Below are positions 11,131 through 21,294 of a stretch of 64,000 bases of DNA, one piece after another. The position numbers were made by a program, and so were the translations under genes. Positions within the stretch are counted from its first letter, which is position 1. Each line of letters starts with the position of its first letter. Under the pieces are notes generated by a model that was not told the origin of the DNA, made no database searches, and saw nothing but the letters and a program-made list of their open reading frames with translations. Source of the DNA: a virus; IMG/VR virus record IMGVR_UViG_3300044846_005371, positions 32,001 to 96,000 of that record; one strand, 5' to 3'.

Positions 11131-11526
11131 ATGGCAAGAAAAAAGAGAGGTGACAAACACTACATTAACAACCGAGAATTTACTGATGAGATTGTTAAAT
11201 GTAAAGGAACTGGTGAATTATCTGAATTTGCAATACAGTGTTTCATCTCACTAGCAAACCGCGCAGTTGATCGTCTTTATTTTAGAGATCCTAGAGATAG
11301 GGAAGATTGCATACAGTCTGCTCTACTTGATTGTATTAAGTATTGGAAAGGTTTTGATGAAACTCGAGAAAGCTTAAATGCGTTCGCTTATTTCACTCAA
11401 ATGTGTAAAAATGGATATGCTAAGGAGTTTAAAAAGATTCACCATCGTCCAGGTTTGGAAAAAGACGAATCAATCAGCTTTATATCATTAAGCACTAGCG
11501 GAGAAAGTTCCATATTTAGTATCTAA
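11131..11526 (+). CDS. Late-transcription sigma factor, T4 gp55-like
   Basis: HYINNREF, DREDCIQ.ALLDC.KYW..FD and NAFAYFTQ motifs typical of gp55 homologues. Confidence 0.85.
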   Translation: MARKKRGDKHYINNREFTDEIVKCKGTGELSEFAIQCFISLANRAVDRLYFRDPRDREDCIQSALLDCIKYWKGFDETRESLNAFAYFTQMCKNGYAKEFKKIHHRPGLEKDESISFISLSTSGESSIFSI

Positions 11527-11561
11527 CTAATAAATAACATAAATAGTTAGCTAATTCCCAA

Positions 11562-14500
11562 ATGGTAGTACAGAATCTTTATTTTTTTGATAAAAACGGT
11601 AAAAGTTTAAATCTAGGCTACAATTCCGAACTGGGAATTTGGGAAGGTACTCTTTACTTTGAACCATTATCATTATTCTTATTTGATAATGAGAATATTT
11701 TTATGCTCGAAAAAGAGGAGGAGGGCGATGAGCATTTTTTCCCAATGCTTACTTCAACTCAATCTATCTCATTTGAATGGGAAACTGTTGAAAATTCAAA
11801 CGAATTTTTCGTATATGATGTAAATAAAGACACTGTTCTTAAAAACTATTTTATACAGAAATTAGAAAGTAAAGAGATTGGATATTTTGATATTTACCAA
11901 ACAAATATTGGTCCATTAAACGTTAAAGCTCCTCTTCAATTTAACTTTGCTTTTAATCCTAGCGATGAAAAGATATTTAGAAGAACTATACTGCTTTATT
12001 TAAAGGATGGAGCTCAAAAAACAAAGATTGCTTCAATTAATTTGTATGGAGAAGGTATTGATGAGGATGAGAGATACAGAGTTTGGTGTCAAAATTTTGG
12101 AATAAAGTTTAATCGAGAAGATGCTACTATTCTAAAGGATTATGACATCAAAGAGGCGTATCCTGATTGGAAAAAAGTAAACCAAGCTAGAAAGGAACTA
12201 CTTGTAAATAAAGATCAAATTTTTCCATACGTTGGTACTTACGCTGGAATATCTAATTTCGTTAACTTATTGGGCTATCGTGATGTGCTTAAGATCAAAG
12301 AGTATTGGCAAAATATAAATCCAAACTCTGCGTACTTTAATAATTTCTTACACATTGATATTTCAGATTACTTAGATAATGGAAAAATAGACGATTTAAA
12401 CTTAATCTATAAGGAAAAGAGTCTCAAGGAAAGTTTCCAGTTTAAGAAAACTGAATTTTTAGCGCTTGCTTACCAATTCACAGTTGCTACTGATAATTAT
12501 GATGATGATGGAATTCCAATTGTTGAGGAGACTACTTCATTTAGCGTTAATGAAATATTCCATAAGCTTTATAAGCTAAAGGAAAAGCTAAAAAGTGAAT
12601 TTATACCTATTAATGTTCAGATCAAGGATATTATCGGAGAATTCATATACTTTCAAAAAATAACAATTAGTTACTGGCCAGATGACATTAAGATAGGCGA
12701 TTACGATCTTAATGAAGACTATACAGTTACTTATTACCCAAAAACAATAGGCGAACTTTTTGTTCAGTCTGTTGCACCTATGAAGAGAATAGACGTTACT
12801 GGTGGTGTTGAATTTCCAGCAGTAACATTTAACGAATCTTCTCCAAATCCTTACGAATTTGATCAAAAATACCCAGGCTCACTAATTCCTGGAATGATTG
12901 AATATATTGAGCAGTATTACGCAGCTAAAGTATCTGAAAAGTTTCCAGATCTTTCTGAAAGATATAGTTGGGATTATGGTGATGATTCAGAAATGGCAAT
13001 TGGCTGCCCTATCATACTAAGCGTAAATGTTGAAAAATTTACATGTAAATCAATTAGTGGAGTTAGATGGATCGATCTATTACCTCAATCTACATTAGCT
13101 CCAAATTATTGGACATTCCAAAACATAGACTTTAGAAACCTTTACGAAGTTACTTGGATAATTACAAAATCCAATCCAAATCCATACTACTTTGAATATT
13201 CTGGAAAACTAATAGATCTCCACGATCTTCCTCACTTTTTACCACATACTGGTGAATATACTGCAATTGCAGAAGTAAGAGATTTTTATGGAAACATTAC
13301 TCGTCGTGAACTTAAAATAACAGTTTCTGATCAATTAACTCCACAAATAATTGCTTTTTCTAGGCTAGAAGACAAATTTGACTTTAGTATTAAGAATTTG
13401 CATAATATTCGGGTAAAAGACTTTGGAAACTCACCATTCTTCTTCCCAAGAATAAATCTATTAAACAATGAAGACATTGCAAATGAGATTGATATTGAGA
13501 AAAATATATTAGACTGGTTGAGTTTTTACCAAAATTCATATGGTCTTGGTCAAAAAATGTATGATGATGTTGAAATATACGATCAAACTACCTCCCAATA
13601 CTTAAACTATATTTCTTCTCAAAATCACCCATATCTAGAATACTGGGGACTTGGAAAAAATGATACTCCTTTTAAACTATCTGATCTTTCTGATACTACG
13701 ATCGACTCACTATTCTTTCAAAGATTTTGTGACATGACATATCATGGAGATTTTACAGCAGGTTTTTACATAGAAGATCCACAAGTTGGCCAACTAATAA
13801 ATGTTTCCGATTTTTCAACATTTACTATCCCTTCATTTATCGATATTGACGATTTGATTTATCAACTTAATGAAAGTTTACATCCAGCAATAAGTCTATT
13901 TGTATTTTCATTTTTAGATCTTCCTACCCCTACTATTCACGCTCAACCTAGATACTTAAGTAAGGAAATGTATCACATGTTAGTTTCAGATCAACCTGGA
14001 GTCGACAAATATTCATTCTTCTTACCTAAAAAAGTATATTCACAGCGTGTAATTGACATGCTCTCTTCTCAATCTGCACAATTTGATGAAGAAACTTTAT
14101 TTTTAATAGCACCAGTACAAGATCTATTAGATGGAGATGTTCAAGATCCTCAATATTGGATCGACCGTGGATATTGGACATTTGATAATGATACGCAAAG
14201 AGGATATTTACCAACCGCATTAGACCAAAATGCTTTTAGTTTGGAAAATATTAAAGTGTATGAAGAAACATTTAAAGTTCCTGAAAATTCAATAGTGTTC
14301 TTTGCTGTAAATAATTTAGAAGGAAAGTATGATTTTCTTTGGAAATTAATAAATGTTGTAACTGGGGAAGAGATATTTAGAGTTAAGTCTGTTCCATTTT
14401 TTGTATGGAAATTTAAAGATATTGGTAGATATTCAATATCTGTTGAGGTCACAGATAATCGAAATAACAGATATTTTTCAGAAATGAAGAACTTTATTCA

Positions 14501-14591
14501 TGTTTTGAATAAAATAGACTATGTAACAAATACTGAGTTCTTGCTCAACCTTAGAAAGAATGACTTAATTAAAGAGTCGTATCCTAGATAA
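11562..14591 (+). CDS. Large virion structural protein, probable baseplate wedge component
   Basis: 1009 aa at the head of a structural block; GTYAGISNFVNLLGY segment resembles wedge initiators; Ig/PKD-like beta segments; late-promoter-like ATAAATAAC upstream. Function inferred from context. Confidence 0.55.
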   Translation: MVVQNLYFFDKNGKSLNLGYNSELGIWEGTLYFEPLSLFLFDNENIFMLEKEEEGDEHFFPMLTSTQSISFEWETVENSNEFFVYDVNKDTVLKNYFIQKLESKEIGYFDIYQTNIGPLNVKAPLQFNFAFNPSDEKIFRRTILLYLKDGAQKTKIASINLYGEGIDEDERYRVWCQNFGIKFNREDATILKDYDIKEAYPDWKKVNQARKELLVNKDQIFPYVGTYAGISNFVNLLGYRDVLKIKEYWQNINPNSAYFNNFLHIDISDYLDNGKIDDLNLIYKEKSLKESFQFKKTEFLALAYQFTVATDNYDDDGIPIVEETTSFSVNEIFHKLYKLKEKLKSEFIPINVQIKDIIGEFIYFQKITISYWPDDIKIGDYDLNEDYTVTYYPKTIGELFVQSVAPMKRIDVTGGVEFPAVTFNESSPNPYEFDQKYPGSLIPGMIEYIEQYYAAKVSEKFPDLSERYSWDYGDDSEMAIGCPIILSVNVEKFTCKSISGVRWIDLLPQSTLAPNYWTFQNIDFRNLYEVTWIITKSNPNPYYFEYSGKLIDLHDLPHFLPHTGEYTAIAEVRDFYGNITRRELKITVSDQLTPQIIAFSRLEDKFDFSIKNLHNIRVKDFGNSPFFFPRINLLNNEDIANEIDIEKNILDWLSFYQNSYGLGQKMYDDVEIYDQTTSQYLNYISSQNHPYLEYWGLGKNDTPFKLSDLSDTTIDSLFFQRFCDMTYHGDFTAGFYIEDPQVGQLINVSDFSTFTIPSFIDIDDLIYQLNESLHPAISLFVFSFLDLPTPTIHAQPRYLSKEMYHMLVSDQPGVDKYSFFLPKKVYSQRVIDMLSSQSAQFDEETLFLIAPVQDLLDGDVQDPQYWIDRGYWTFDNDTQRGYLPTALDQNAFSLENIKVYEETFKVPENSIVFFAVNNLEGKYDFLWKLINVVTGEEIFRVKSVPFFVWKFKDIGRYSISVEVTDNRNNRYFSEMKNFIHVLNKIDYVTNTEFLLNLRKNDLIKESYPR

Positions 14592-14622
14592 TAAATAAAA
14601 ACAAAAATAACGCATAACTAAC

Positions 14623-15564
14623 ATGCCATTTACTCAAGTAGATTTAGCAATCACCGAAGTTCTAGAAACAGACTTCATAACCGATTTTAGAATAATCACA
14701 AATGCTAACTTTAATATCTTAAAATCCGCATTTGAAGATCTAATTAATGGACTGGAGATAGACTCTTCAGGGATTACACTCGGTACTTCAACTCCTATCA
14801 ATTCTATAACTACTGATGTGTTAGTTATGCAAAGCACAGGGTTTCAGTTTAATAAAACTGGACCAGTTGCTCCAATTGCATCGCTAACTAAAAATGGAAG
14901 TGATCAATCAGTATTAAACATTGATATTTTACAAGTAGATGCTATATCAACCTTTGGTGGATTAGTAACCGCTAACTCATTAGCCATAACAAATGCTTCA
15001 ACGTTCTCAGGACAAGTTAACTTAGATGGAGTCACTAAAGTTAATTCAGCTTTCATATCGTCTTCTGAGCTAGTTTTAGTAACTGCATCCGAAGACAGTA
15101 ATAACGCATTAGCTACGATTAATTTAACAAGTACGTCAAGACAAGACATTTACGTAACTCTTAAGTTAGATTCTTCACTAATTGTTGGAACTACGATTCA
15201 AGCAGCTTGGTCTGGTGCATATATGAAAATTTTACTAGATTTTGATGCAACTAACCCACCAGCAGTAGGCCAAACCTTTAATATTCACATTGTAGATATT
15301 GTAAATTCAGCAGATACTAGTGTATTAGCAACATTAAATGCTGAACCTAAGACTCTTTGGATCTTGCCTGGAGTAAATAACGCAGTTGCTGCGGATATCT
15401 ACTTAAATGGTGGAAATACTCCAACTTCAGTTAAAATAGAAGCTGCACCTGGAACAAATACTTTAGTTAAGTATGGACACTGTGCTAGCTTAGTATATCA
15501 CATTGATGCAACTACTCAAGATAGATTAGTAGTAAATTCATTGCATAATTTCTCAATAGCATAA
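14623..15564 (+). CDS. Virion fibre/spike-like structural protein
   Basis: Thr/Ser/Asn-rich beta-type sequence; N-terminal EV...D..T......N.NFN motif shared with 26363..29713. Confidence 0.5.
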   Translation: MPFTQVDLAITEVLETDFITDFRIITNANFNILKSAFEDLINGLEIDSSGITLGTSTPINSITTDVLVMQSTGFQFNKTGPVAPIASLTKNGSDQSVLNIDILQVDAISTFGGLVTANSLAITNASTFSGQVNLDGVTKVNSAFISSSELVLVTASEDSNNALATINLTSTSRQDIYVTLKLDSSLIVGTTIQAAWSGAYMKILLDFDATNPPAVGQTFNIHIVDIVNSADTSVLATLNAEPKTLWILPGVNNAVAADIYLNGGNTPTSVKIEAAPGTNTLVKYGHCASLVYHIDATTQDRLVVNSLHNFSIA

Positions 15565-15592
15565 TCGATCTAAAAATAAGAAAAACAAATAA

Positions 15593-17692
15593 ATGGCAGT
15601 AACTCCATTAATAAAGCCAGTACAAAATAGAAAAGGAATATTCTACAATTTTCAGAGCGCACTTGAAGATGTAAATATTACTTTGAGCAATAGCGAGAAT
15701 CAAGTAAGATTTTCAAAATTTGCGTTATTGCGTCTTCCGAATATAGGAGAACCGGCTGCTCAATTTTCTTCAGATAACAAACTTCAATTTTTAGCGTTAG
15801 GTGAAACTTCCTTGATTGAAGGACTCGATAATGATCAATCCTTTAACTTAGCTACTAGTTTTCAAAACTATGCATTAAACTTAGAAGCATTGCTTCTTTC
15901 TCAAAATGGATATCAACGTTCTGAAAAGTTAACTGTAGCTGAACGAGTATTTTTTAAATGGTTGAAGGAACTTGGAGCAATACGTTTTCAAAACGCAAAT
16001 AGCCTAGAGAAAAATACAGCTGTTCTTGGTACTGCCAAACGATATGTTGAAGCTAGCGAAACTAATACAGATTATGAAAAAGTAGTTAAGTACATTGGTG
16101 ATATTGACATTGTAAATTCTCTAAAAGCTAAGGAAAATTCATATACTGAGGTTTACATACATGTCCCAACAAATGTCGGTTCAACAACTCATGTATTGTT
16201 TAAATCGGTATCTGATGTAAACTATTATGCAGGTCAATCAATAACTAATAATCCATCTGATCCATTAAATATTGAATATTTAAGCGGTAGAAAATATGAT
16301 GAAACTCATCCATTTGGTATTTCTTTAAAAGCATACTATGATTTAGATGATTCTAGCATCGCAACAACGATTACAGATGATCCTCTTGTTGCAGGTTCTC
16401 CAGGAAATTGGTTTACAAATAATACGCCGAATACTTATTATACTGATGACGATGGAACAGGAAGCTTTGATTCAACAAAGGATCAATATCTAATAAAAAC
16501 AGATGGAACAACTACTATTTCGTATGTTCGTAGCACATTAGATGGAATATCTATTGACTTTGACCTAAATAACTACAAACTAGCTAGTGAAAATCCAAAC
16601 ATTAAAGTGTTTTCACAATTTAATGACTATATTGGAAATAAAGATTTTGAGTTTAATGCAATTTTAGTGTACTATGATACATATGATCCAAATAATTTGG
16701 ATTCTACTGGTGCACCACTTGACTTTAGAACTAATTTGTATGGTATACTTATATTAGATCAACCTACTCAAAATGGTTTAGAATTTGCAATCCCTAGTTT
16801 TGAGAAATACAAACCGGATCCCTTAAATAAGATCAATGGAAATAGCTTTGGATACAAAATGAATCTAAAGTTAGATACTTCAGCGGAAGAAGTTAAGACT
16901 GAAAAATCAATAAATGATTATTCAACATTTTCACTAGACCTATTCACTGATGTTTTAACTCAATTTAAGAAAACTCAAATACTTATAAACGATCAGTTGC
17001 TTGAAATGCAGCAGTTATCGCAAGATGTAGAATCCTTAAAGAATAAACTAATCAACTCTGAGGACAAAACTGAATTATCTTTAAGAATATCTGATCTTGA
17101 AACAAGTCTTACTGAAAATCAAGCGATATTTGACAATACTTCAGCTATCATGGGGCTTATTGAAAGTCTAAATGACAGAGTAGATTCATTAATCACAGGC
17201 ACAACTAATGCCTTACTTACGTATGACTTGAATGTTATTCGTCCAGGTGAAGGTATTGTTGTAGATCGATCTACTCCAGGAAGAGTTAGAATCGTTAATT
17301 CTAATCAAAAATACAACATATCCAATTCTTCATTAATCAACATAATTGATAACAATACTCTAACTCTAAGTAATTTTACTAATTATTATAGACATCAAAA
17401 TTCAAGTATTCCAATCATGTTAGTTGAAGACAATACTCTTTACATTGACGATACTCAATATGCTTGGAAGAAAGGTCAAACTGTTAGACTTGTGATTAGT
17501 GACGAAATAGATTTAGGAGTGTATAACTTAACTGTAAAAACAGATGCAGTTAATCGTAAAAACTCAGGAGTATACGGAAAAACAATAGGCGTTTTAACAT
17601 CAGACGATTTTGGAACAGATGGAACTCCAATATTTGAGTTAATTTGCGTAAATGATGAAAATTACACCTTCGTAATCGATAAAATAAGATAA
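15593..17692 (+). CDS. Large virion structural protein with a coiled-coil segment
   Basis: 699 aa in a tightly packed structural block; heptad-like stretch around QLLEMQQLSQDVESLKNKL. Confidence 0.55.
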   Translation: MAVTPLIKPVQNRKGIFYNFQSALEDVNITLSNSENQVRFSKFALLRLPNIGEPAAQFSSDNKLQFLALGETSLIEGLDNDQSFNLATSFQNYALNLEALLLSQNGYQRSEKLTVAERVFFKWLKELGAIRFQNANSLEKNTAVLGTAKRYVEASETNTDYEKVVKYIGDIDIVNSLKAKENSYTEVYIHVPTNVGSTTHVLFKSVSDVNYYAGQSITNNPSDPLNIEYLSGRKYDETHPFGISLKAYYDLDDSSIATTITDDPLVAGSPGNWFTNNTPNTYYTDDDGTGSFDSTKDQYLIKTDGTTTISYVRSTLDGISIDFDLNNYKLASENPNIKVFSQFNDYIGNKDFEFNAILVYYDTYDPNNLDSTGAPLDFRTNLYGILILDQPTQNGLEFAIPSFEKYKPDPLNKINGNSFGYKMNLKLDTSAEEVKTEKSINDYSTFSLDLFTDVLTQFKKTQILINDQLLEMQQLSQDVESLKNKLINSEDKTELSLRISDLETSLTENQAIFDNTSAIMGLIESLNDRVDSLITGTTNALLTYDLNVIRPGEGIVVDRSTPGRVRIVNSNQKYNISNSSLINIIDNNTLTLSNFTNYYRHQNSSIPIMLVEDNTLYIDDTQYAWKKGQTVRLVISDEIDLGVYNLTVKTDAVNRKNSGVYGKTIGVLTSDDFGTDGTPIFELICVNDENYTFVIDKIR

Positions 17693-17697
17693 TTTAG

Positions 17698-20600
17698 ATG
17701 GCAGAGCAAAAGAACACGCTTTCAGATCTTTTAAAAAGACTTACTGTGGATGCAAACAATATGAATGCATTCCTTTACAGTCTTTCAAATATGCTTGAAT
17801 CAAAATCTGAGAATGTAACAGTTTCTCAGTATACTGAAGACGGTAGTCAATATACAATAACTGTACCTTCATTCGGTTATCTCAAAGGAAAGATCGAAGA
17901 CATCAACAATAAATTCGATTCATTGCTTTCTGCAAATGGAGATACTGTTGGTGTAAAATCATCAAATGGTGATATTCGAAAATTCGAATTGAAAAAAATA
18001 TCACAACTTGTTTCAGATTTAGACAATATTGAAAATGTTACTCTAAATTTACCAAATTCATTTAAAGTTAGAAATAACTGGTTTTTTGAGTCATTCTTAA
18101 ACCCATTACTATTTGTAACAGTAGATATTTCTTCTTTCTTAACTCAAGATATTGATCGATTTGTAGTTAAGAGAATTATAATCAATTCAGCAGACGATGA
18201 TGCTGTTGCTTTCTTTAGAGAAAATTACCGAGGACAAACAAACATTGATTTGGAGGATCTAAAGTTAGATCTCTCAGATAATGGTTATGATTTCTTTGAA
18301 GATGACAACGTAGTTGATCTTGAAATACCTGTAAATAGATATAGAGGATCGTTTGATATCGTTAAACAGCGTGAAGAAACAGTTGCTGTTACTTCAGGTA
18401 CTGAAACATCATCAGTTATTCGTCGAGTTTACAAATTAAGCACTCTAAATTATACAGATATTTTAGACTCAGTTCAAAATACTAGAATTCTTTCTGAGGG
18501 CGATGTTTTGATTACTGCAAATGATTCAGAATACATTGTTAGGTCAGTAAATAAAACAACTAAGGAAGTAGTTCTAGAAAGAACTTATGGATTGGATCCA
18601 TTAACTATTGGCGCTAACCAATTGAGAGTTAAACCTGTTCCATATCGAATTCCAGAATTAAGAATCAATGTTGGTTTTAATGAACATGAAGTAATCTTTA
18701 TACGTCCAGTAAGCAAGGCTAACAACCTAACAACTGATTCTTTTTCAAAAGGCTTTGGAATTTATACAAATGAGTTGACTATCACTCTAGAGGACGATAG
18801 TCAAACTACTTTAGAAAGATACTACAATAATTTTGTTGCCGATTTTGGCTTAATTTTATTGAATGCTGCCAAGGAAAGAAAATTACCTGCAGTTATTGCA
18901 GCAACACCAGACTCTCCAGTTTTAGACTCTAGTAACTTTAGTGTAGTTCAAATAAATGCGCATATAAAAGAAGATCAAGGTGCTCTTCAAATTAAAGCAA
19001 AGATTGCTGAAAAGGAGAGAATTAAGAGTGAAATATCTGAAAAGGATAAAAAGATTGAAGATATTAAAAGTAAGATAAGTGCGAAAGAAACTACTCAAAA
19101 GGAAAAAAGAAGATTAGATAAGGATCTAACTAAAGCAGTTAAGGATCGTGGAGTTTTACAAAGTCAACTTGCAACATCTATTAATAGCATTACATTAGAC
19201 ATTAGTGTTACTCCAGCATTCATAACTACTCCTAAATTTAGAGTTAGAGGATTTTGGAATATTCCAGATCCTAAAGTTACTGAGTATGGTACGCAAACCG
19301 TTGTTCAATTTAAGTACAGATACAGATATCTTAGTAAAAAAGGAACCACACCAAACGCAGTTCAACAAAAATTTGTTGATACTAATGGAACTAAAAAGTT
19401 TGCAACATTTTCTTCATGGACAGAAGTTTTAACCAAACCTCGTCAACGAGTTTTAGATGAAACTACTGGACTTTATATTTGGGCTGAAGAAGCAGTGACC
19501 GACTCTGAGGCAGTAAATAGCAATCAACTCGATATTGCAATAAACAAAGGAGAAATAGTAGAAATACAAGTAATGTCTCTTTCTGAAGCAGGTTGGCCAG
19601 ATAATCCAGCGCAGTCTGACTGGTCAAATTCAGTTCAAGTTACTTTCCCAGACGATATCGAATCCGAAGAAGAAAATACTATACTTGCTCAAAAAACATA
19701 TGCTGAAAACGCTAAAGTTCAATTTGAAGATTCGTTAACTGCTAAGGGCTTAGACCTCCATCTACTTAATCAATTCACAACTGGCGAAAGATTCTTCGGT
19801 CATCAGTCTAAAGATATTGCAAGTGGCTTCTTTACGCCAGAAGGAAATGTTGTTGACTTATTCGAACAATTAAAGGGAATAGCTGCATCATTAGAAGCAT
19901 TACAAAAAGCTATTGCTACTGAGGCTGGTGAAATCAAAGTTATCATAATTGATCCTGATGGAAATGAAATTTCAGTAAATCAAGGACAAACTGTTGAGCT
20001 GTTTGCAGGATACTATAAAGATCAAATAAAGGATACTATTGGAGATTCTATTGTTTACCGACATGGCGAAATAATAACGAAGCAGTATATCATGCAGATT
20101 CAAAACGTATCTGCGACTCCTTTAGAATTAATAAGCATACTTAAGGGAGGAATTGATGAAATTTCTCCAGAGTCCGATCCAATTGCATATCCAGAAGATG
20201 ACTATCACCTAATTAGACAATACGATAAGGTGCCGATTGGAATAAGTTCAATTTCAGAAAGTACGCTAGGTTCATTTAAGCATACACCTAAAGCACAATC
20301 TGCTCAAGTTAAGAGTCAATACGTTTATTCTAGATTTAAGGATTATGGATTATCTAAGGAGTTATATGCACAATATCCATCTTCCGGATATTCAACAGCA
20401 AATGTATCAACTTATAATTTCCAAGGAATAACTGTAGGTTCAAATCTAGTGCCTTTGAACTGGGCACATTATCTACCGTATAATCCTACTTTAAACTGGA
20501 GTTCTACTTTTCCAACAACTAACTCAAATGTTTGGAATGGAGTAAGTTCAACTCTTGTTGGTCTTCCAACTGGAGGAGGTTATGTCACTGAGTTTGCGTT

Positions 20601-21294
20601 GCATGTAAATCATCCATATGTTAGAGCATGGTGCGCAAGCAATCCAGGAACAACATTAGCAAGTGGTTCAAATTTAGAAGATTTCTTCTTGCCTGAATTT
20701 GAAGAATCTGGTGGATCTATTGTTTCATCGGCTGGTCAAAAATACTTGCCAGTAAGCCACGCTCCTTTCTTTGAGACTAGAAATAATGAAACTCAAGTTT
20801 TAGGAGGAGTTAATAATCAACAAGCAATTCGACCAAATGTAAACGACACAGTTGCTGCTAACTTAAATACAAATAGAGGAACCGATAACTATCCTGTTAA
20901 ATTAGGATTCGTTCCAGATGACCAGTATTTAATAGGAAAATATACATGTGGCGCATATTTAAACATGATGCCAAACTCCTATGAAATAGTCTCAGTTGAA
21001 GGAAATCACCCTTTACTATCTGTTAAAAAAGTTGCAACTGGCGCAGTCAAAGCAATTAATGTACCAATTGTATTCCAATACCGTTGCTCAGACATTCTAA
21101 AAAATGTTGGAGGTTATCGAAAAAATGAAAATCTAAATCAAGTTCAATACACTAGAACAGTAGGAATTGACGTTTTCATAAAAGATGCTTCTCCATTTTC
21201 TTTTGATTTAACAGTATCTGCTAAATATCAAAATGAAACTACCTTCCAAGGAATAATTGCACCTGGAATAGGAAATATTGTGAACTTTAAATAA
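17698..21294 (+). CDS. Large virion structural protein (coiled coil plus FnIII-like domain)
   Basis: 1198 aa; charged coiled coil KIAEKERIKSEISEKDKK; FnIII-like end VEIQVMSLSEAG...SDWSNSVQVTFP. Confidence 0.55.
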   Translation: MAEQKNTLSDLLKRLTVDANNMNAFLYSLSNMLESKSENVTVSQYTEDGSQYTITVPSFGYLKGKIEDINNKFDSLLSANGDTVGVKSSNGDIRKFELKKISQLVSDLDNIENVTLNLPNSFKVRNNWFFESFLNPLLFVTVDISSFLTQDIDRFVVKRIIINSADDDAVAFFRENYRGQTNIDLEDLKLDLSDNGYDFFEDDNVVDLEIPVNRYRGSFDIVKQREETVAVTSGTETSSVIRRVYKLSTLNYTDILDSVQNTRILSEGDVLITANDSEYIVRSVNKTTKEVVLERTYGLDPLTIGANQLRVKPVPYRIPELRINVGFNEHEVIFIRPVSKANNLTTDSFSKGFGIYTNELTITLEDDSQTTLERYYNNFVADFGLILLNAAKERKLPAVIAATPDSPVLDSSNFSVVQINAHIKEDQGALQIKAKIAEKERIKSEISEKDKKIEDIKSKISAKETTQKEKRRLDKDLTKAVKDRGVLQSQLATSINSITLDISVTPAFITTPKFRVRGFWNIPDPKVTEYGTQTVVQFKYRYRYLSKKGTTPNAVQQKFVDTNGTKKFATFSSWTEVLTKPRQRVLDETTGLYIWAEEAVTDSEAVNSNQLDIAINKGEIVEIQVMSLSEAGWPDNPAQSDWSNSVQVTFPDDIESEEENTILAQKTYAENAKVQFEDSLTAKGLDLHLLNQFTTGERFFGHQSKDIASGFFTPEGNVVDLFEQLKGIAASLEALQKAIATEAGEIKVIIIDPDGNEISVNQGQTVELFAGYYKDQIKDTIGDSIVYRHGEIITKQYIMQIQNVSATPLELISILKGGIDEISPESDPIAYPEDDYHLIRQYDKVPIGISSISESTLGSFKHTPKAQSAQVKSQYVYSRFKDYGLSKELYAQYPSSGYSTANVSTYNFQGITVGSNLVPLNWAHYLPYNPTLNWSSTFPTTNSNVWNGVSSTLVGLPTGGGYVTEFALHVNHPYVRAWCASNPGTTLASGSNLEDFFLPEFEESGGSIVSSAGQKYLPVSHAPFFETRNNETQVLGGVNNQQAIRPNVNDTVAANLNTNRGTDNYPVKLGFVPDDQYLIGKYTCGAYLNMMPNSYEIVSVEGNHPLLSVKKVATGAVKAINVPIVFQYRCSDILKNVGGYRKNENLNQVQYTRTVGIDVFIKDASPFSFDLTVSAKYQNETTFQGIIAPGIGNIVNFK